Below, piece after piece: positions 59,779 through 64,000 of a stretch of 64,000 bases of DNA. Both the position numbers and the translations under genes were made by a program. Below the pieces are notes generated by a model. It searched no databases. It was not told the origin of the DNA and worked only from the letters and a program-made list of their open reading frames with translations. Location: positions 102,183 through 166,182 of the forward strand of contig CAWKPH010000002.1 of assembly GCA_963851445.1 (NCBI GenBank), written 5' to 3'. Origin of the DNA: an uncultured bacterium (GTDB lineage: Bacteria > Patescibacteriota > Minisyncoccia > Phycocordibacterales > Phycocordibacteraceae). Each line of letters starts with the position of its first letter. Position 1 is the first letter of the stretch.

Positions 59779-59841
59779 AACGTGGATGGTATAAAAAGAG
59801 CGCCCCAGACACATAGTCCGAGGCGGCTTTACTTACGGGGC
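59756..59841 (+). repeat. Array repeat R11 (full consensus + hairpin)
   Basis: CCCGTATGATAGAGGAGGTTAGAACGTGGATGGTATAAAAAGAG followed by CGCCCC...GGGGCG. Confidence 0.65.
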
Positions 59842-60438
59842 GAAAAACTCGATCAAGTATTCGTCATCAATTCGACTGGCAGCAGCGTGCAAGAAAGCTC
59901 GCACGACCAGAGGTTCGCTACGCTTGGTTACATAGCGCAGAGACGAGAGAAGTCGAGGCTCATGAATCAGAGATTGGCTTAGGGTCGTCCGAAGACATTC
60001 CCGCAAACTCTTTTGCTCGCTCTCTGTAAGGCGGACTTTCTTCAAAAGAGCGCGAGTGAAAATGTTGTCATTACTGCAACCCCGAACGGATGCTCGAATA
60101 ATTGGTTGCCAAAGAGCAGCACGAGTAGTAGGGAAGCCGCCGTTTTTCGGAATCTCGTCTCCTTTTGCGGGCCTGGGGATTTCCGGGACGAGCGCGAGAA
60201 GCTCGATGGCTTTTTGTCCCTGAACGAAATTGCGATCGTCTCCGTCCTCATCGGTTGCGAAACTCACTCCTCGCAGTTGCTCAAGACGCAATACCTTGTC
60301 GAGTAGGATGGGAACATATCCTGCAATACGAGCGTCACTTGCATAACGACGCTTGAGATCTTTTTCGAACGCTGTTTGGAGTACTTGATACTCCTGACTC
60401 GCTGCTTCCAGTAGAGCAGGGTCAATTTGTTTCAACAT
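59833..60438 (-). CDS. Hypothetical protein
   Basis: 201-aa ORF. Preceded by TTGTGA-17-TACTGT and a GAAAGGG RBS. Confidence 0.45.
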   Translation of the reverse strand: MLKQIDPALLEAASQEYQVLQTAFEKDLKRRYASDARIAGYVPILLDKVLRLEQLRGVSFATDEDGDDRNFVQGQKAIELLALVPEIPRPAKGDEIPKNGGFPTTRAALWQPIIRASVRGCSNDNIFTRALLKKVRLTESEQKSLRECLRTTLSQSLIHEPRLLSSLRYVTKRSEPLVVRAFLHAAASRIDDEYLIEFFAP

Positions 60439-60543
60439 GATAAAACCCTTTCAATTCTTCCGTGGAAAAGGACCGGTGATCCTTGGACAATGTCCTCGTG
60501 AACAGTATCACCCCTATATGACGCTCACAACCTTCACCAGCTC

Positions 60544-60610
60544 CATATGATAGAGGACTTAGAACCTATGTGACGGCATAAGAAAACAGCGCGATCTTCG
60601 CAGATCGCGC
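60544..60610 (+). repeat. Array repeat R12 (motif + hairpin)
   Basis: CATATGATAGAGGACTTAGAACCTATGTGACGGCATAAGAAAACAG followed by CGCGATCT-TCGC-AGATCGCG. Confidence 0.65.
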
Positions 60611-60628
60611 CGTAGGGAGGGGTCAGAA

Positions 60629-61231
60629 TTAATCAAAGAGCCACGCGTTCGGATTCAGAACTCGGTACTCATCTGGGCTGATGATCACCGTGAACGCCGA
60701 CAGAATCGCTTGGGCGATAATTGATTCGCGGTCGAGCACCCCCTTAGAGAGAAACTTGTGCGGATCCTTCTCGCCGCCACCAGCCCGTTCTTGGACGATC
60801 ACGCCAAGCTCGGAGTCTTGTTCTTTCACCGCTCTAACCATCGAGGTTGGTACGGGTAGGGCTGCGCCAAGGGAAAGCCCTAAGACCTGCCAGCGTGGAT
60901 AGACAATAGCGACTGCGGGGGGATCAAACCAGTTGGGTCGATGCTCGTTAAGCGATACGCTAAAGAGACCGTTTTCGATCCCGATGCCAATGTGGGCATC
61001 ATGAGCTTCACGAGCTGCTTTGGCGCGGTTAAGAGCGCCAGTAAACATCTGTTCAAGGCCGAATGGTTGAGAGGGTATACCCGACTCGGTCTCGCCAGTG
61101 TGTAACTCGTATGCTGAAAGAGCGAGGTCGCCAAGATGAGTTATGCCACGCTCTTGCAATTGGCTGAGTGCCGACTCAACCGCACGGATTTTAAGGGCAC
61201 TTTTCGTACCCACTGCGATGACGATGGTCAT
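60629..61231 (-). CDS. Non-canonical purine NTP pyrophosphatase, YjjX family (inosine/xanthosine triphosphatase, DUF84)
   Basis: GIPSQPFGLEQMFTGALNRAKAAR and IGIENG align with YjjX [24 protein letters not shown] and VAIEAG. Confidence 0.7.
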   Translation of the reverse strand: MTIVIAVGTKSALKIRAVESALSQLQERGITHLGDLALSAYELHTGETESGIPSQPFGLEQMFTGALNRAKAAREAHDAHIGIGIENGLFSVSLNEHRPNWFDPPAVAIVYPRWQVLGLSLGAALPVPTSMVRAVKEQDSELGVIVQERAGGGEKDPHKFLSKGVLDRESIIAQAILSAFTVIISPDEYRVLNPNAWLFD

Positions 61232-61293
61232 TCCTAATCCCCTGGATGTAACTGTGATCTGTTCGGTACTATGCCATGGATAGAGAATAAACG

Positions 61294-61360
61294 CACGATA
61301 GAGGATGTTAGAACGTGGATGGTATAAAAAGAGCGCCCGGCCAGTTGCCTGGTCGAGCGC
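61294..61360 (+). repeat. Array repeat R13 (full consensus + hairpin)
   Basis: CACGATAGAGGATGTTAGAACGTGGATGGTATAAAAAGAG followed by CGCCCGGCCAG-TTGC-CTGGTCGAGCG. A GATAGAG half-copy lies just upstream (61279-61287). Confidence 0.65.
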
Positions 61361-61378
61361 TAGATTGTCGTCGGACTC

Positions 61379-61858
61379 CTAGGAGTCCTTAACGTAATCG
61401 TCACCATGGTCACCCACGATGGGAGGAATCTGGACAGAGAGGAAGTACAGGATGCCGCCAGCCTCCACCCTGAAGCCATGGATCTCGCCCGCACGAATCA
61501 AGACGGTAGCTCCAACACTGAGTGGACGCCACAGCCCCATGAGGAAAACGGAAGCATTGCGTGGTGGCTCGAAGTCCCATTCTGGTCCCAGAACGATAAC
61601 AGCGGCATCGCTCTGGTTGTGATGGTGTAGTTCATTCGACAAATCCTTTTTCACGCGGATAATCTCCGCCTGACAGAGGTCGACGTTGAAATCGTAAGGT
61701 GCCACCAAGGGTTCGAGAGCATCTGCTTCCAAGCTCCACTTCTCGAACCCATGATAGTTTGCGTATGGAAGCCAGTCGAGATTTCTCATCCCTGGCCGGC
61801 TGCATAGAGCAGCGTGTAGCTGTCCCGCCAAGAGCAAGACTTCTTCGGTGTATCTCAT
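61379..61858 (-). CDS. Hypothetical protein, possibly cupin fold
   Basis: 159 aa. His cluster LHHHNQSD followed by beta-rich sequence. Its stop sits in the perfect palindrome GGACTCCTAGGAGTCC. Confidence 0.35.
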   Translation of the reverse strand: MRYTEEVLLLAGQLHAALCSRPGMRNLDWLPYANYHGFEKWSLEADALEPLVAPYDFNVDLCQAEIIRVKKDLSNELHHHNQSDAAVIVLGPEWDFEPPRNASVFLMGLWRPLSVGATVLIRAGEIHGFRVEAGGILYFLSVQIPPIVGDHGDDYVKDS

Positions 61859-61913
61859 CCCAAGCTCCGATGTGGTTGAAGCGATCTAAAATAGTTATAC
61901 TTAAAGATAGATC

Positions 61914-61985
61914 TTGTGTCAAATCAGGCTCCGCCTTGTGTATATAAATAAAAAAGCCGCCTTCTGCTGTTGCTTCAGGCGACAT
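61914..61985 (+). repeat. Degenerate array repeat R14
   Basis: TTGTGTCAAATCAGGCT...GTGTATATAAATAAAAAAG followed by GCCGCC...GGCGAC. On the - strand this is hairpin + TTTTTTATTTATATAC, a terminator for the gene at 62004..62270. Confidence 0.4.
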
Positions 61986-62003
61986 TGATCCTGTGGGATC
62001 GCA

Positions 62004-62270
62004 CTACTTCGGAGAGAACTCCTCGAACAATTCATCTAGAGTGAGAGATAGGGTGAGAGAATGGACTTTCCCTTCGGATTCAAGTCGCAGCACATTGGCC
62101 ACGACCATGCAGCGACGGTCGAATGCTCTAACTCGCTCCTTAAGACTAGGCGGCTGTTTGTCGCCTGTCATCCACTCTAGCCACTCAAGATCGTTACCGT
62201 CGCTCCAGAAACCACTGAGCCAGACTCTCTGACCAGTTTCAGCCTCTAAAGCACTGGCTCTCTCAAGCAA
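62004..62270 (-). CDS. Hypothetical protein
   Basis: 88-aa ORF. Confidence 0.35.
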   Translation of the reverse strand: MLERASALEAETGQRVWLSGFWSDGNDLEWLEWMTGDKQPPSLKERVRAFDRRCMVVANVLRLESEGKVHSLTLSLTLDELFEEFSPK

Positions 62271-62355
62271 CGCTGCACAGCCCTCAAATCCTCGTTTCCG
62301 AAGATCCTCAGCACTGTGCTCTACACGATTTGGGATTGGGACATGCTATCCTCCT

Positions 62356-62628
62356 GTGTCTAAAGCTGCCCGAAATTATTATAACATTAGCTCCGTCTCG
62401 TGTGGCGGCTTTACATATAAATCTTGTAAACCAGGATATACTTTCAGTATGAAAAGCTTCATCAACGAAGTTGGTAATAAAATCAGCGTTGAAGTTACCG
62501 AACAGGTGATTAATGGAGTAGATGGAATCTTAATCGCCATAGAGGGCCCAACCTCACAGACTGAGATTCATATCACACGCATGGAGGCCAAGATTCTCTT
62601 GGAGCAGTTGGGTGATCTATTAAAGTGA
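62356..62628 (+). CDS. Hypothetical protein
   Basis: 90-aa ORF. An internal Met at 62449 is an alternative start. Confidence 0.3.
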   Translation: MSKAARNYYNISSVSCGGFTYKSCKPGYTFSMKSFINEVGNKISVEVTEQVINGVDGILIAIEGPTSQTEIHITRMEAKILLEQLGDLLK

Positions 62629-62631
62629 CAG

Positions 62632-63123
62632 CTACTTAGAGTTTTTGTAGAAAGGTTCTCGAGGGTGTTCACTCATTAATTTTTCAATACGTTCCGAGAG
62701 CCATTGGAAGTATTCACCCATATACGGGTCGTACTCACGGATTTCACTAAAAACAGTCTGGTATTTCTTCCAGGTTACTGTAACCCAAGCGCCGAGGGTT
62801 TTCTCCACGAGGCTAAGGCTTATGAGATTGCTCGCCACAAGCATACCCAGCGATTCCATCTGCTGCGCAAATTGTGTGAACTTGATCCGGTCGGTCTCAG
62901 AAAGTGCTCCTAGTTCATCTCTAGTCGTAGGCATATTCTTTGACATGACAAAATATAAAAGCTCAGAGAATTCCCGAGTTTGAAAGGTACGCAACGCATC
63001 GAGCGTCACATTCGTCCTTCTGTCGCGCGCAGCTCCTCGTATCTGCGCAATACCAAATACGAGCGCTACAACAACCGAAAGCGCCAACGAGAGGTTAGCA
63101 ATGTTTGTAATGAGATCGCTCAT
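62632..63123 (-). CDS. Hypothetical membrane-anchored protein
   Basis: N-terminal TM (IANLSLALSVVVALVFGIAQI) followed by a soluble helical domain. 163 aa. Confidence 0.4.
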   Translation of the reverse strand: MSDLITNIANLSLALSVVVALVFGIAQIRGAARDRRTNVTLDALRTFQTREFSELLYFVMSKNMPTTRDELGALSETDRIKFTQFAQQMESLGMLVASNLISLSLVEKTLGAWVTVTWKKYQTVFSEIREYDPYMGEYFQWLSERIEKLMSEHPREPFYKNSK

Positions 63124-63175
63124 GATGTCAGGATTCTATCACAGGTCTTTTTTATAAGAATTTCCTTGGTTCCCC

Positions 63176-63247
63176 TCGTGTATGAACTTATAACGTGGGT
63201 GACATGAAAAAAACCGCAGGAAAGGGAATCGGACCCTTGTCCCGCGG
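63176..63247 (+). repeat. Array repeat R15 (variant + hairpin)
   Basis: CTCGTGTATGAACTTATAACGTGGGTGACATGAAAAAAACC followed by CCGCAGG...CCCGCGG. Lies 3' of the gene at 63275..63997. Confidence 0.5.
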
Positions 63248-63274
63248 CTAAAGTACTAAACTGTGGCGTGCTTA

Positions 63275-63997
63275 TCACTGTGTCTGCAGTTCGTGTTGGC
63301 GCTTGAGAGCCTCGGCGAAAAGCTCAGCCTTGACATCGTCCCGGCTGCTCGTATACCTGCTACCTACCCAGGCCAAAACAAAGTCGGGGTGGGTGAGTAG
63401 GTACCCGAACTCGCCGAAGCTCATGATCCAGGGGCTTGTAAGGTTATAGGTACCGCCATAGCCGCCGATCACGCTTCCACCGACTTTGTCGTCGAAGACC
63501 ACCGTGAGATGATCTTCACCCTTCACGACCTCGCCGAGGACGAATTCTTTTTCGGTCTCCCGGTTACGCTCTTGGCCGACGTAGCACACAACGCGTTCGC
63601 CAACTTTATAGGGTAGATCACAGAAGTTGCGGCGATCTGGGGTGAGCGGCTTGACTTCAGCCTGCTTGGCGAGCGAAAGCAGAGTTCTGATTTTGCGATC
63701 CTCGATCTTCTTTCGCCTCACTACCTTATCTCGCGCTCGCGCTATAGCGGCTCGCATTTTATCGAACTGCTCCGACGTCATGGTCTTGAAGATACAAGGC
63801 GAGTTGAACTGCCGCGTCTGGCCTTTGCCCATCTCGAACCTGCAGGTCGGCTTGAACATGTAATCGTAGCCGCACCGCCCGAGACTTGATGAACCGTGTT
63901 CGCACCACCCACAAAAGTTGAAGGTCGTGGCGCCACATTTCCGTTTGATCGACTCTGCGTCGAACGGCTCGGGATAGCGGTCTCCCCGCTCAATCAT
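63275..63997 (-). CDS. Hypothetical protein with Cys-rich N-terminal region (possibly zinc-binding); may extend past window end
   Basis: 240 aa. N-terminal CGATTFNFCGWCEHG...CGYDYMFKPTCRF...SPC cluster. The ORF start is 3 nt from the window edge. Confidence 0.45.
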   Translation of the reverse strand: MIERGDRYPEPFDAESIKRKCGATTFNFCGWCEHGSSSLGRCGYDYMFKPTCRFEMGKGQTRQFNSPCIFKTMTSEQFDKMRAAIARARDKVVRRKKIEDRKIRTLLSLAKQAEVKPLTPDRRNFCDLPYKVGERVVCYVGQERNRETEKEFVLGEVVKGEDHLTVVFDDKVGGSVIGGYGGTYNLTSPWIMSFGEFGYLLTHPDFVLAWVGSRYTSSRDDVKAELFAEALKRQHELQTQ

Positions 63998-64000
63998 GTC

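Noticed and set aside
59756-61360. Reading the conserved box as a sigma70 promoter on the + strand (TTAGAA ... TATAAA)
   Set aside because: The spacing between the two hexamer-like elements is only ~9 nt. Also, + strand transcription from it would run antisense into the preceding genes. Genuine promoters (e.g. TTGACA-17-TATAAA at 49872) lie outside the box.
39650-64000. CRISPR array interpretation of the recurring repeats
   Set aside because: The repeats are ~40 bp but separated by 0.5-5 kb segments containing whole genes, with variable hairpins attached. There is no regular short spacer periodicity and there are no cas genes.
39650-64000. Canonical integron attC sites (R''-L''...L'-R' with RYYYAAC/GTTRRRY inverse cores)
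   Set aside because: The conserved part is a single one-sided box next to a variable hairpin, not inverse cores flanking a variable centre. GTTAGAAC only loosely resembles an R' core. No intI or attI is in the window. The idea is kept only as 'integron-like' in the findings.

Overview
The window splits into two very different parts. Positions 1-39,645 are a low-G+C housekeeping block in which every confident gene is on the + strand.

That core block contains:
- the 3' end of alaS;
- the infA-rpmJ-rpsM-rpsK-rpsD-rpoA-rplQ cluster, then rplM-rpsI;
- trhO and grpE-dnaK-(Tyr-rich secreted protein)-dnaJ;
- an ABC exporter;
- a five-gene operon: Leu/Phe-type amino-acid dehydrogenase, PaaK-like adenylating enzyme, ThiF/E1-like protein, double nitroreductase, sensor kinase;
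- tyrS, tRNA-Tyr, trpS, aspS, pepA, scpA and scpB;
- a peptidoglycan set: DacA-like carboxypeptidase, mraY, ftsW, murG, M23 peptidase, FemAB-family transferase;
- gltX.

Gene content and style (FemAB, C-minus L36, small co-directional genes) fit a reduced-genome bacterium, possibly Patescibacteria-like, but that is inference only.

From position 39,650 to the window end the character changes abruptly. This part is a mosaic accessory region with strongly heterogeneous G+C; some genes are visibly GC-rich, e.g. a flotillin and a 138-aa protein. It holds small, functionally unrelated genes, mostly on the - strand.

Accessory-region contents:
- purM, purD and an in-frame internally deleted purL;
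- two NUDIX hydrolases, a YjjX-type ITPase and a frameshifted HAD hydrolase;
- a stand-alone receiver domain, a DUF1003 protein and a serine-recombinase C-terminal remnant.

These genes are punctuated by at least 12 copies of a directional ~40-bp repeat. The approximate + strand consensus is TATGATAGAGGAKGTTAGAACGTGGATGGTATAAAAAGAG. Each copy abuts a GC-rich hairpin that acts as an intrinsic terminator for the upstream - strand gene.

This repeat-delimited, cassette-like array is the most likely candidate for an undescribed system. It could be an integron-like or site-specific accretion array, or a new terminator-associated repeat family. No integrase is present in the window.

Two promoter/terminator-bounded non-coding candidates are also flagged, at 28,020-28,256 and 44,556-44,852.
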